Shown one piece after another: positions 1 to 8,267 of a DNA stretch of 37,598 bases (positions within the stretch are counted from its first letter, which is position 1; each line of letters begins with the position of its first letter). The DNA lies in NCBI GenBank assembly GCA_028871235.1, contig JAGWNO010000002.1:1-37598 (forward strand), written 5' to 3'. This stretch comes from Gammaproteobacteria bacterium. GTDB taxonomy: Bacteria > Pseudomonadota > Gammaproteobacteria > Natronospirales > REEB76. The notes beneath the pieces are model-generated. The model saw nothing but the letters and a program-made list of their open reading frames with translations, ran no database searches and had not been told where the DNA came from. Both the position numbers and the translations under genes were made by a program.

Positions 1-2
1 CA

Positions 3-647
3 CTGGCTGTTGCCGTATGTCCGATCTGTTTCGGCTTTGAAAAAACCGAAAGCGGCATCTATGTACAAAGCGGGATGCCTGTCGGAGAACAGGCGCTCAC
101 GAAGCGTGTGCTGGTACTCGCAGAGAATCGCATCCGGTATTTCTATGGCGACATTGAGTATCACCCGCGGGTCCTGATCTGCGCGACGCAGAAGTGTATC
201 GGCAGGATCGGGGGCGGCGATGCCACCAGCGGTTCAGTCGGAGCATTCGTGCTGCTCTTGGGCCCCAAGGGCATGAACGAGATCGATATTTCCCATGAGC
301 TGTCGCTCATCGAGGTCTCAGGTCGCATCGGAATATATCATTCGATCATGGACACGGTTCCGGCTTGGTTTGATGAAGGTGTTGCGGTGGTGGCATCGGA
401 TGCACCGGAGTTTGCGGCACTGGCGAAAGCTAACCAGAACGGCTGCCTTAATACACCCACTGATCATTTGCCCGTGGATAAGACGAGGTGGTTCGAGGAA
501 GCAAGTAAGTACCCGTTCATATACGCGCAAGCTGGATGCCGCGTGGCGGAGTGGATGGCTACCCGGGGCGGCAGCCACGGGATAAGCCGATTGCTGGCGC
601 GGATTGCGAAGGGCGAATCGTTTGATAGGGCGTATGCAGAACATTAG
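3..647 (+). CDS. Hypothetical protein, 5'-truncated by the window edge; weak resemblance to MA-clan metallopeptidase-like domains
   Basis: The frame of the 75..647 ORF stays open back to nt 3 (LAVAVCPICFGFEKTESGIYVQSG-M...), so the true start is probably upstream of the window. It contains HELSL followed by WFDEGVA, which resembles HExxH...W.EG.A, but the second His is replaced. No confident family call. Confidence 0.5.
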   Translation: MAVAVCPICFGFEKTESGIYVQSGMPVGEQALTKRVLVLAENRIRYFYGDIEYHPRVLICATQKCIGRIGGGDATSGSVGAFVLLLGPKGMNEIDISHELSLIEVSGRIGIYHSIMDTVPAWFDEGVAVVASDAPEFAALAKANQNGCLNTPTDHLPVDKTRWFEEASKYPFIYAQAGCRVAEWMATRGGSHGISRLLARIAKGESFDRAYAEH

Positions 648-729
648 TATAAGTCGCATGTGAACCTCATTACATCAAACATCCATTCGATGCGCCATTC
701 GCATGCATGTAACTCTATCGATCTAGGAT

Positions 730-1239
730 ATGGCGATGCCTGAAAAAGAACATCAAACTTTCGAAGGCGGCTGCACTTGCCGCGCGGTACGTTACCGCAT
801 GACCAGCGGGCCGCTGTTCGTGCACTGCTGCCATTGTCGCTGGTGCCAGCGCGAGACCGGGGCCGCAATTGCGCTCAACGCCATGATCGAAGCGAACCGG
901 GTAATGCTGTTGAAAGGCGAGGTGGAGATCGTCAACACACCCTCCAATAGCGGCAAGGGCCAGAAGATCAGCCGCTGTCTGGTGTGCCGTATCGCGCTGT
1001 GGAGCAATTACGCCGGGGCGGGGGATGCGGTGCGCTTCGTGCGGGTCGGGACGCTGGATGAGCCTGATCGCCTGCCGCCGGATATCCATATCTTCACATC
1101 ATCCAAACAGCCCTGGGTCGTGCTTCCGGAAAATACGCCCGCGGTGGCCGAGTATTACGATCGCAAGGCGTATTGGCCCAGGGAGAGTCTTGAGCGCCGG
1201 GCGGCATTGCTGGCCGCTGCGGGCCAGACGCCCCGCTAG
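730..1239 (+). CDS. GFA (glutathione-dependent formaldehyde-activating / CENP-V-like) family zinc protein
   Basis: 169 aa. It has the N-terminal GGCTCRAVRY, HCCHCRWCQRETG and CLVCRIALW cysteine pattern typical of GFA-domain proteins. TAGGA lies upstream of the ATG. Confidence 0.85.
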   Translation: MAMPEKEHQTFEGGCTCRAVRYRMTSGPLFVHCCHCRWCQRETGAAIALNAMIEANRVMLLKGEVEIVNTPSNSGKGQKISRCLVCRIALWSNYAGAGDAVRFVRVGTLDEPDRLPPDIHIFTSSKQPWVVLPENTPAVAEYYDRKAYWPRESLERRAALLAAAGQTPR

Positions 1240-1243
1240 CAAT

Positions 1244-1507
1244 ATGGATAGCTTCTGGCTTCACCACGGTCTCTGGTTCATCTTGTTCATGTGCTTCTTT
1301 CCGCGATTGACGCTGCTGTTTTCAAGCGTCCCGTTCGGCGGCCTGTTCTGGTGGCTGGGCTGGGTCTTTGCCCCGCGCCTGCTGGTCGCGATCCTGGCCA
1401 CTTACAACTATTGGGATACCAATTTTATTCTGTGCGTACTTGCCTGGATCTGGGCGCTGGCCGGCGAAGGCACCGAAAAGACCGTGGTCGTCAGGACTGC
1501 ACGCTAG
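1244..1507 (+). CDS. Small integral membrane protein (87 aa, about 3 TM helices), unknown function
   Basis: Internal ATG of track ORF 1025..1507, 4 nt after the GFA stop. The sequence is strongly hydrophobic and Trp-rich (LWFILFMCFF, FWWLGWVFAPRLLVAILA, ILCVLAWIWALAG). The upstream part of the track ORF overlaps the GFA gene out of frame. Confidence 0.5.
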   Translation: MDSFWLHHGLWFILFMCFFPRLTLLFSSVPFGGLFWWLGWVFAPRLLVAILATYNYWDTNFILCVLAWIWALAGEGTEKTVVVRTAR

Positions 1508-1527
1508 CCTTGATCGCTTGCGAGGGT

Positions 1528-1728
1528 ATGTCTGTGAACAGCACCGAGACCGTTGATATCCAGTGCCCCTATTGCAGCGAGACTGTCGGGATCATCGTGG
1601 ATTGTTCCGTGGAGAATCAGAGTTATATAGAAGACTGCCAGGTGTGCTGCCGGCCCATCAATCTTGTGGTTGGCTTCGATAAATTGGGCGAGCCTGTTGT
1701 TAAGGCGTCACAGGAAGACGAGGTGTGA
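1528..1728 (+). CDS. CPXCG motif-containing cysteine-rich small protein (zinc-ribbon-like)
   Basis: 66 aa with CPYC ... YIEDCQVCCRP, the hallmark of the CPXCG small-protein family. A GAGGG SD lies 3 nt upstream of the ATG at 1528, which is internal to track ORF 1291..1728. Confidence 0.8.
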   Translation: MSVNSTETVDIQCPYCSETVGIIVDCSVENQSYIEDCQVCCRPINLVVGFDKLGEPVVKASQEDEV

Positions 1729-1837
1729 GGTTTCAGATCGGGAGAGCGCGGCGTATAGCGAAGCACAGATTCCTGAACGGGCGGGATGCGGCTGCGCCGG
1801 TCGCAGGCGGCCCTGGCAGTTTTTCAGCCGTGTCGCT

Positions 1838-1996
1838 TCAGGACTGACCTGTTTCGTCTTTGGGAAGCACAGCGCCGCCGGCTTCCGGTGATTTGGCGAT
1901 TTTCTTGGCCTGCTTCTTCAGGCGCTTGTCTTCCTGCTTCTTTTTCCTGGCCAGGTCGCGCTGGCGCTTGTCGAACTGATAGTTAACTTTTGCCAC
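1838..1996 (-). CDS. Candidate small Lys/Arg-rich protein (52 aa), not in the ORF track
   Basis: GTG start at 1996, preceded by AAGGAG with a 5-nt spacer. My hand translation is VAKVNYQFDKRQRDLARKKKQEDKRLKKQAKKIAKSPEAGGAVLPKDETGQS*, with the stop TGA at 1840-1838. It is divergent from cbpA. Confidence 0.4.
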   Translation of the reverse strand: MAKVNYQFDKRQRDLARKKKQEDKRLKKQAKKIAKSPEAGGAVLPKDETGQS

Positions 1997-2168
1997 GGGT
2001 ACTCCTTCATGTTGAAGCCGCAGTATAAGGCAAGCATCGGCTCAAGGGGACTTTGCCCGGCAAACAAGCCGGTTGCGCCTCATCCGGTTATGAGTTATAT
2101 CCATTTTCGAGCGGTGATTCGCGGGTCTGCCAGGCCCGCTTGATCGAACCACCGGCCGGCGAAGCAGC

Positions 2169-3122
2169 ATGAAATACAAAGACTATTACGACGTGCTCGG
2201 TGTGAAACGCGGCGCCAGTGAGGCGGATATCAAGGCGGCTTACCGCAAGCTGGCGCGCAAATACCATCCCGACGTTTCCAAGGAGGCGGATGCCGAGAAG
2301 CGCTTCAAGGAGATCGCGGAGGCCTACCAGACACTCAAGGATGCGGAGAAGCGCGCCGCCTACGACCAGTTGGGCAAACAGCAGCCGGGACAGGATTTCA
2401 GGCCGCCGCCGGACTGGCAGCAGCAGTACGGCGACACACGGTTTTCATTCGACGATATCGACCTGGCTGACCTGTTTGCCGGTCTCCGCGGCGGCCGGCC
2501 GCGCTCCGGACAGGCGCGCACCAAGCTGCCGATTCCGGGACAGGATTATGAGATCCCGGTGAGCATCACGCTCGAGCAGGCCTATCGCGGCACCGACGTG
2601 GATATTGACCTGAGCATGCCGGAATACGATGCGGGTGGGGCGATGCGCCGGGTGCCGCGTACCTTCAAGGCGCACATCCACAAGGGCGCCACCGACGGAC
2701 AGCGGCTGCGGGTGCCGGGCAAGGGCGGGAAAGGATTCAACGGCGGCCGCGATGGCGATCTGTATCTCAACATCACGCTGCAGCCGCATCTTTTTTTCCG
2801 CGTGAGCGGCCACGACCTGTATATGGACCTGCCCTTGGCGCCGTGGGAGGCGGTGCTGGGTGCCAGCGTCGAAGTGCCGACGCCCGGTGGTCCGGTCCGG
2901 CTCAAGATATCCCCGGGGACCCAGGCCGGCCAGCAACTGCGTCTTCCCCGGCGCGGGCTGCCCAAGCCGCGTGCGGGCGAAGGCGATCTTTTCGCCATCG
3001 TGCAGATCGTGGTGCCCGGCAAAATCACTGAACAGCAACGCGCTTTTTACAAGCAGCTGGCTGAAGTCTCGAATTACGACCCGCGCAAGCAGTTCAAGCA
3101 GGAGGCGAGGAATGGGAACTGA
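2169..3122 (+). CDS. cbpA: Curved DNA-binding protein CbpA (DnaJ-family co-chaperone lacking the zinc finger)
   Basis: 317 aa. It has an N-terminal J domain (DYYDVLGV...YHPD), no Cys-rich zinc-finger region, and DnaJ C-terminal domains. A cbpM-like gene follows it. Confidence 0.9.
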   Translation: MKYKDYYDVLGVKRGASEADIKAAYRKLARKYHPDVSKEADAEKRFKEIAEAYQTLKDAEKRAAYDQLGKQQPGQDFRPPPDWQQQYGDTRFSFDDIDLADLFAGLRGGRPRSGQARTKLPIPGQDYEIPVSITLEQAYRGTDVDIDLSMPEYDAGGAMRRVPRTFKAHIHKGATDGQRLRVPGKGGKGFNGGRDGDLYLNITLQPHLFFRVSGHDLYMDLPLAPWEAVLGASVEVPTPGGPVRLKISPGTQAGQQLRLPRRGLPKPRAGEGDLFAIVQIVVPGKITEQQRAFYKQLAEVSNYDPRKQFKQEARNGN

Positions 3123-3438
3123 ACTCACTGAAGTGCTGTGGCTGGATGAGCACTCTGATCTGCCCCTGACAAGGCTGGCTGAACTGTCGGGCCTGTCGGA
3201 AGCGGAACTCCACGAGCTCACGGATTACGGCGTGCTTCCGCCGGCCGATCCTGACGCGGCACCGCTCGCCTATCGCGCCGATTGCATCGTGATAGCGAGG
3301 ACCGCCCGCCGCTTGCGTGATGAACTCGAGCTGGATGTGCATGGCCTGGCCTTGATCCTGACGCTGCTTGATCGTGTGCATGATCTCGAAGCGCAATTAT
3401 GCGACCTCAGGGCGCGGCAGCCGCGGCGGATCCGTTGA
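3112..3438 (+). CDS. cbpM: Chaperone modulatory protein CbpM (MerR-like fold)
   Basis: 108 aa starting MGTELTEV. It overlaps the cbpA stop by 11 nt, consistent with translational coupling. LAELSGLSEAELHELTDYGVL is a MerR-type HTH-like segment, and the cbpA-cbpM pairing is canonical. Confidence 0.8.
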   Translation: MGTELTEVLWLDEHSDLPLTRLAELSGLSEAELHELTDYGVLPPADPDAAPLAYRADCIVIARTARRLRDELELDVHGLALILTLLDRVHDLEAQLCDLRARQPRRIR

Positions 3439-3604
3439 GACAGGTGCCAGGTGTTGATAAACCAGCTTGTATCCCGGGCCATTCGGTAAATCCCGCCCGC
3501 AGTTGCATTTGGACTCACATCCCCTGTGAGGGTAAAGTGCGGGTTCCGCGCCGGGCGCCCCGGATGTCCGGCGGGCTTGTTCAACCACCACGAGGAATCC
3601 CGCG

Positions 3605-5737
3605 ATGTTGCGCATTGTCACGCTTACCCTGGTCGGCGCGCTGCTGCTCGGTGCATCCAGCCTGTCCGCGGCTTCGGAGTCCGCTGCCATGAACCGTACC
3701 AACCCCTTGCTCACCCCCAGCGCCCTGCCGTTCCTAGCGCCGCCCTTCGACAAGATCAAGGACAGCGATTTCCAGCCGGCCCTGGAGGCGGGCATGAAGC
3801 GGCAACTCGCGGAGGTCGAGAAGATCGCCAACAATCCGGCGCCGCCGACTTTCCGGAACACGCTGGTGGCCCTGGAGAAGAGCGGACAGATGCTCACCCG
3901 CGTGAATCAGGTGTTCAACGTGCTCACCGGCGCCAATACCGACCCCGAGTTGCAGAAAGTGCAGGAGCAGGAGGCGCCCAAGCTCGCCGCCAGCCAGGAC
4001 GCCATCTATCTCAACGCCAGGCTGTTCAAGCGCATCCAGACCATCTATAACGAGCGCAACAAACTCAAGCTCGACCCCGAATCGCAGCGCCTGATCGAGT
4101 ACTACCATCAGCAGTTCGTGCTGGCGGGCGCCAAGCTTTCTCCCGCCAACAAGACCAAGCTCAAGAAGCTGAACGAGGAGGAAGCCAGCCTCAGCGCCAA
4201 ATTCGTCAACCAGCTGCTGGCCGGCACCAAGGCAGGCGCGCTGGTGGTGAACGACAAATCCGAACTGGCCGGCCTCTCGCGGGGCGAACTGGACGCTGCC
4301 GCCCAGGCCGCCAAGGCCCGCGGCCTCAAGGGCGAATGGGTGATCCCGCTGCAGAACACCACGCAGCAGCCCGCGCTGCGGTCGCTTACGGATCGGGCCA
4401 CGCGCGAGAAACTCTTCGAGGCGTCCTGGACCCGTACCGAACGCGGCGACGCCAACGATACCCGCGCCACGATTGCGAAGCTCGCCGAACTCCGCGCGCA
4501 GAAGGCGAAGCTGCTGGGTTACCCGGATTTCGCCGCCTGGAAACTTCAGGACCAGATGGCGAAAACGCCGGCTGCGGTGGAGGATTTCCTCAATAAGCTG
4601 ATCCCAGCCGCCACCCACAAGGCACGCGAGGAAGCCGCTGAAATCCAGCAGGTCATCAACCGGGATGGCGGCAAGTTTAAGCTTCAGCCCTGGGACTGGG
4701 AGTTGTACGCCCAGCAGGTGCGCAAGCAAAAATACGATCTGGATGAATCCCAGATCAAGCCCTATTTCGAACTCAACCGCGTGCTCAAGGACGGCGTGTT
4801 CTACGCCGCCCATGAACTCTACGGCCTGACATTCAAGGAACGCCACGACCTGCCGGTGTGGCAGCCCGATGTACGCGTGTTTGAGGTGTATGACTACAAC
4901 GGCAAGCCGCTGGGTCTGTTCTATTGCGATTACTTCAAACGCGACAACAAGTCAGGCGGCGCCTGGATGGACAACATGGTCACCCAGTCGAAGCTCCTGG
5001 GCCAGAAGCCGGTGATCTATAACGTGGCCAACTTCACCAAGCCGGCGCCGGGTCAGCCCGCACTCATCAGCTTCGACGACGTGACCACCATGTTCCACGA
5101 ATTCGGTCACGCGCTGCACGGCTTCTTCGCCAGCCAGGAATACCCGAGCCTGTCCGGCACCGCCGTGGCGCGCGACTTCGTGGAATTCCCGTCGCAGTTC
5201 AACGAGCACTGGGCGCTCAATCCCAAGGTGCTGGCGCATTACGCAATCAACTACAAGACCGGCCGGCCCATGCCGCAGGAGTTGGTGGACAAGATCAAGA
5301 AGGCCGCCACCTTCAACAAGGGCTACGACATGACCGAGTTGCTGGCGGCTGCCGATCTCGACATGCAGTGGCACATGCTGCCGGCGAGCGCGCCGCCGCA
5401 GAACGTGGATCAGTTCGAGACCGAGGCGCTCAAGAAAACCCATCTCGATCTGTCACAGGTGCCGCCGCGTTACCGTTCCAGCTATTTCCTGCACATCTGG
5501 GCCAACGGCTATGACGCCGGCTACTATGCTTACCTGTGGACCGAGATGCTGGCGGATGACGGTTATGGCTGGTTCCAGGAGCACGGTGGTCTGACGCGTG
5601 CCAACGGCCAGCGTTTCCGCGACATGATCCTGTCGCGCGGCAACACCGAGGACCTGGCGAAAATGTACCGCGATTGGCGCGGCCACGATCCCGAGATCGG
5701 GCCGATGCTCAAGGATCGCGGGCTGCAAGGCGACTGA
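3605..5737 (+). CDS. dcp: Peptidyl-dipeptidase Dcp (M3 family zinc metallopeptidase) with N-terminal signal peptide
   Basis: 710 aa. It has the HEFGH zinc motif (TMFHEFGHALHG), M3-type length and C-terminal conservation, a signal-like N-terminus (MLRIVTLTLVGALLLGASSLSAA), and GAGGAA upstream. Confidence 0.9.
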   Translation: MLRIVTLTLVGALLLGASSLSAASESAAMNRTNPLLTPSALPFLAPPFDKIKDSDFQPALEAGMKRQLAEVEKIANNPAPPTFRNTLVALEKSGQMLTRVNQVFNVLTGANTDPELQKVQEQEAPKLAASQDAIYLNARLFKRIQTIYNERNKLKLDPESQRLIEYYHQQFVLAGAKLSPANKTKLKKLNEEEASLSAKFVNQLLAGTKAGALVVNDKSELAGLSRGELDAAAQAAKARGLKGEWVIPLQNTTQQPALRSLTDRATREKLFEASWTRTERGDANDTRATIAKLAELRAQKAKLLGYPDFAAWKLQDQMAKTPAAVEDFLNKLIPAATHKAREEAAEIQQVINRDGGKFKLQPWDWELYAQQVRKQKYDLDESQIKPYFELNRVLKDGVFYAAHELYGLTFKERHDLPVWQPDVRVFEVYDYNGKPLGLFYCDYFKRDNKSGGAWMDNMVTQSKLLGQKPVIYNVANFTKPAPGQPALISFDDVTTMFHEFGHALHGFFASQEYPSLSGTAVARDFVEFPSQFNEHWALNPKVLAHYAINYKTGRPMPQELVDKIKKAATFNKGYDMTELLAAADLDMQWHMLPASAPPQNVDQFETEALKKTHLDLSQVPPRYRSSYFLHIWANGYDAGYYAYLWTEMLADDGYGWFQEHGGLTRANGQRFRDMILSRGNTEDLAKMYRDWRGHDPEIGPMLKDRGLQGD

Positions 5738-5855
5738 ACGCCGCCGCGATGATGGCAACGGGCCTGCGGCATGCCGGCCCGGGTTCTTATGCGAAGGTGA
5801 TGTGAGGCGGCACGCTCTATGAACATCTGATGATCCCGGCCAAATAACGGACGCA

Positions 5856-5882
5856 GGCAGCCGCACACGGAGTGCGGCTGCC
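5856..5882. terminator. GC-rich hairpin between convergent dcp and the MFS gene (possible bidirectional terminator)
   Basis: GGCAGCCGCAC-acgga-GTGCGGCTGCC is a perfect 11-bp stem, 16 nt beyond the MFS stop. The flanking T-rich tracts are short and offset (TTATTT on the minus side, CTTTT on the plus side). Confidence 0.45.
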
Positions 5883-5897
5883 CGTCCGCATCGCTTT

Positions 5898-7145
5898 TCA
5901 CGCCGGCGGAAACGATTCAAGTCTCTCCCGTTCCCGCAGTGCCGGGAACCTCCACATCCAGAGCGCCACCACTACCAGTGTGCCGATGCCGCCGATGAGG
6001 GTGGCGGGCACGGTGCCGAACCAGGTGGCGGTGAGACCGGATTCGAATTCCCCCAGTTGATTTGAGGTGTTGATGAAGATGGCGTTCACGGCGCTTACGC
6101 GCCCGCGCATCGCATCGGGGGTTTCCAGTTGCACCAGCGCTCCGCGGATGACCATGCTGATCATGTCCAGTGCGCCGAGGGCGGACAGTGCGGCGAGTGA
6201 CAGCGGGAACGAGGTGGACAGGGCGAACACGATGGTGCTGAGGCCGAAGCCCGCCACCGAGGCGAACATGATCCGGCCGACGCGGCGTTTCAATGGTCTA
6301 TGCGCCAGCCACACACCCATGGTGAGCGCGCCCACCGCCGGCGCCGCACGCAACAGGCCCAACCCCCACGGTCCGGTGTGCAGGATGTCCCGCGCAAACA
6401 CCGGCAGGAGCGCGGTGGCGCCGCCCAGCAGCACCGCGAACAGATCCAGCGAGATTGCGCCCAGCACCACCGGCCGATGACGGATGAAGGTGATGCCGGC
6501 GAACACGGTGCGGAGCGTGCGCGGCGCGCGATTCACTTGCGGGCGCCCGGTCCGCAGTCGCCACATCAGCAGCGCGGCACCAAAATACAGCACCCCCGCC
6601 ACGGCATACACCACGCCCGCTCCGGCCACGTAAAGGAAGCCGCCGAGCGCCGGTCCTGCGATCATGGCGGTCTGCCCGGCGGTGGCGCTGGCCGCCATGG
6701 CACGCGGTAACATTGCCGGTGGCACCAGTCCCGGCAGCAGCGCCTGCAGGGTCGGAAACTCGAAAGCCCTGGCGACGCCGATCACGAACACCATGGACAG
6801 GATTGCGGTCTGGTCATACCAGCGGAGGAAGCTGCCCGCTGCCAGCAGCCCGATGGCGAGTCCCTCGATCACTTGGCACGTGAGCACGATGCGGCGCCGC
6901 TCATAGCGGTCCGCCACATGGCCGGCGGGGAGCGCCAGCAGGAAGGAGGGCACGAACTGCGCCAGGCCGATGAGGCCGAGGGCGAAGGTGCTGCGGGTCA
7001 GGGCATAGATCTGCCAGCCCAGCGCCACCGACAGCATCTGGAAAGCGAAACCCGAGCCCACCCGCGCGCACCAGAACAGCAGGAAGGCCGGATGCTGTCG
7101 CAGCGAATGGCCGGTGGTCGGTGTGACGGGTGCGAGATCGGGCAT
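5898..7145 (-). CDS. MFS transporter (EntS/MFS_3-like)
   Basis: 415 aa with about 12 predicted hydrophobic helices. The N-terminus reads HPAFLLFWCARVGSGFAFQM, and the general MFS_3 architecture is present. Confidence 0.85.
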   Translation of the reverse strand: MPDLAPVTPTTGHSLRQHPAFLLFWCARVGSGFAFQMLSVALGWQIYALTRSTFALGLIGLAQFVPSFLLALPAGHVADRYERRRIVLTCQVIEGLAIGLLAAGSFLRWYDQTAILSMVFVIGVARAFEFPTLQALLPGLVPPAMLPRAMAASATAGQTAMIAGPALGGFLYVAGAGVVYAVAGVLYFGAALLMWRLRTGRPQVNRAPRTLRTVFAGITFIRHRPVVLGAISLDLFAVLLGGATALLPVFARDILHTGPWGLGLLRAAPAVGALTMGVWLAHRPLKRRVGRIMFASVAGFGLSTIVFALSTSFPLSLAALSALGALDMISMVIRGALVQLETPDAMRGRVSAVNAIFINTSNQLGEFESGLTATWFGTVPATLIGGIGTLVVVALWMWRFPALRERERLESFPPA

Positions 7146-7293
7146 GGCATGCGGCGCGGTTCAGCGGGGTGCCAGTTTATCAGTGCGGCTGATAACCTTA
7201 TGTATTCCAACGGCCCGCTTCGACGACAGCCGTGCTCGGGCGCAAGCCCGGTGGCGTTACCTCGAGGCCCGCAGCGGGCAGAGATACTGATCC

Positions 7294-8091
7294 TCAGTCC
7301 CTGATTCTGTCACGTACCACCGCACGCGCCGCCTTCTTCGGCGGGTGCTGGAGCGCCGCGTGCGCGTGATCCGGTTCGCCGCAGTGCGCGAGGATGCGTG
7401 CGCGCACGCCGTCACGCAGCGCGCGTGCGTCCGCACCGCGCTTGCCGCCTGGATAGACGGCCGGCAGCACTTCGATCTCCACCTTGCCGGGACGGGGGCG
7501 CAGGGTATCAGCCGGCAGGATGCCGCGGGCACCGCGTATTACCACCGGCACCACCGGTATACCGGCGCGTGTCGCCGCCAGAAACGTGCCCAGTTGGAAG
7601 GGGCGCAGGCCGGGTTCGCGACGGAACGTACCTTCGGGGAACGCGCCTAACGAAACCCCGCCGCGCGCCAGATGGATGAGACGACCGGCATCGCTGCGCG
7701 CCGCTTTAGTATCGAAGCGCTCCACGAATTCTGATCCGAGCCGCGCCAGCAACCGGCCGAGCAGCGGCGCACGGGTCACCTCGCGCTTGATGACGAAGCC
7801 GAAACGCGGCGGCAGGGCGGCGGTGAGCAGCAGGCCGTCCAGGTAACTGGCGTGGTTGGCGGCCAGGAAGCAGGGCTCGGGGGGCAGGCGCTCAAGGCCC
7901 ATGACTTTCACCGGGATACCGGCCAGCCGGAACAGCATGCGACCCGCCTGCCGGGCGGAGCGCCGCCGCCGTGCCTGCCCCGGCACGCAGATCACGAACA
8001 CGGCGACCGGCGGGAGGAACAGCAGGGCCGCGAGCCAGGCTCGCAGCGGGAAGATCAGCCGATACAGGATACGCAGGGGGTGGTGTTGCAT
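7294..8091 (-). CDS. Lysophospholipid (1-acyl-sn-glycerol-3-phosphate) acyltransferase family protein
   Basis: 265 aa with the NHASYLDG (HX4D) and FPEGT acyltransferase motifs and an N-terminal TM segment. Confidence 0.85.
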   Translation of the reverse strand: MQHHPLRILYRLIFPLRAWLAALLFLPPVAVFVICVPGQARRRRSARQAGRMLFRLAGIPVKVMGLERLPPEPCFLAANHASYLDGLLLTAALPPRFGFVIKREVTRAPLLGRLLARLGSEFVERFDTKAARSDAGRLIHLARGGVSLGAFPEGTFRREPGLRPFQLGTFLAATRAGIPVVPVVIRGARGILPADTLRPRPGKVEIEVLPAVYPGGKRGADARALRDGVRARILAHCGEPDHAHAALQHPPKKAARAVVRDRIRD

Positions 8092-8163
8092 GGCCGCGGG
8101 CAGTATCCGGATTCAGCCCAAGGCCCGCAAGGCACGCGATAATAAACAATACTTAACATAAAT

Positions 8164-8179
8164 TGTGATGGACATCACA
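8164..8179. promoter_or_regulatory. CRP/Vfr-type binding site (TGTGA-N6-TCACA)
   Basis: AAATTGTGATGGACATCACAGTTT has both half-sites perfect with A/T-rich flanks. It lies in the AT-rich divergent region between the acyltransferase gene (ATG 8091) and xerD (ATG 8268). Confidence 0.45.
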
Positions 8180-8267
8180 GTTTTTATTGTTAAATCTAGG
8201 GAGACTAGCTCTCGATGGTTAAATGTTTGTATACAAAATAATACACAGGCCTCCAAGAGGTACCCCC

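Noticed and set aside
1025-1728. Long track ORFs 1025-1507 (160 aa) and 1291-1728 (145 aa) taken at face value.
   Set aside because: Their 5' portions overlap the GFA gene or each other out of frame, and these portions are Arg/Pro-rich. Only the 3' portions from the internal ATGs at 1244 and 1528 show membrane-protein or CPXCG-family character with sensible start contexts.
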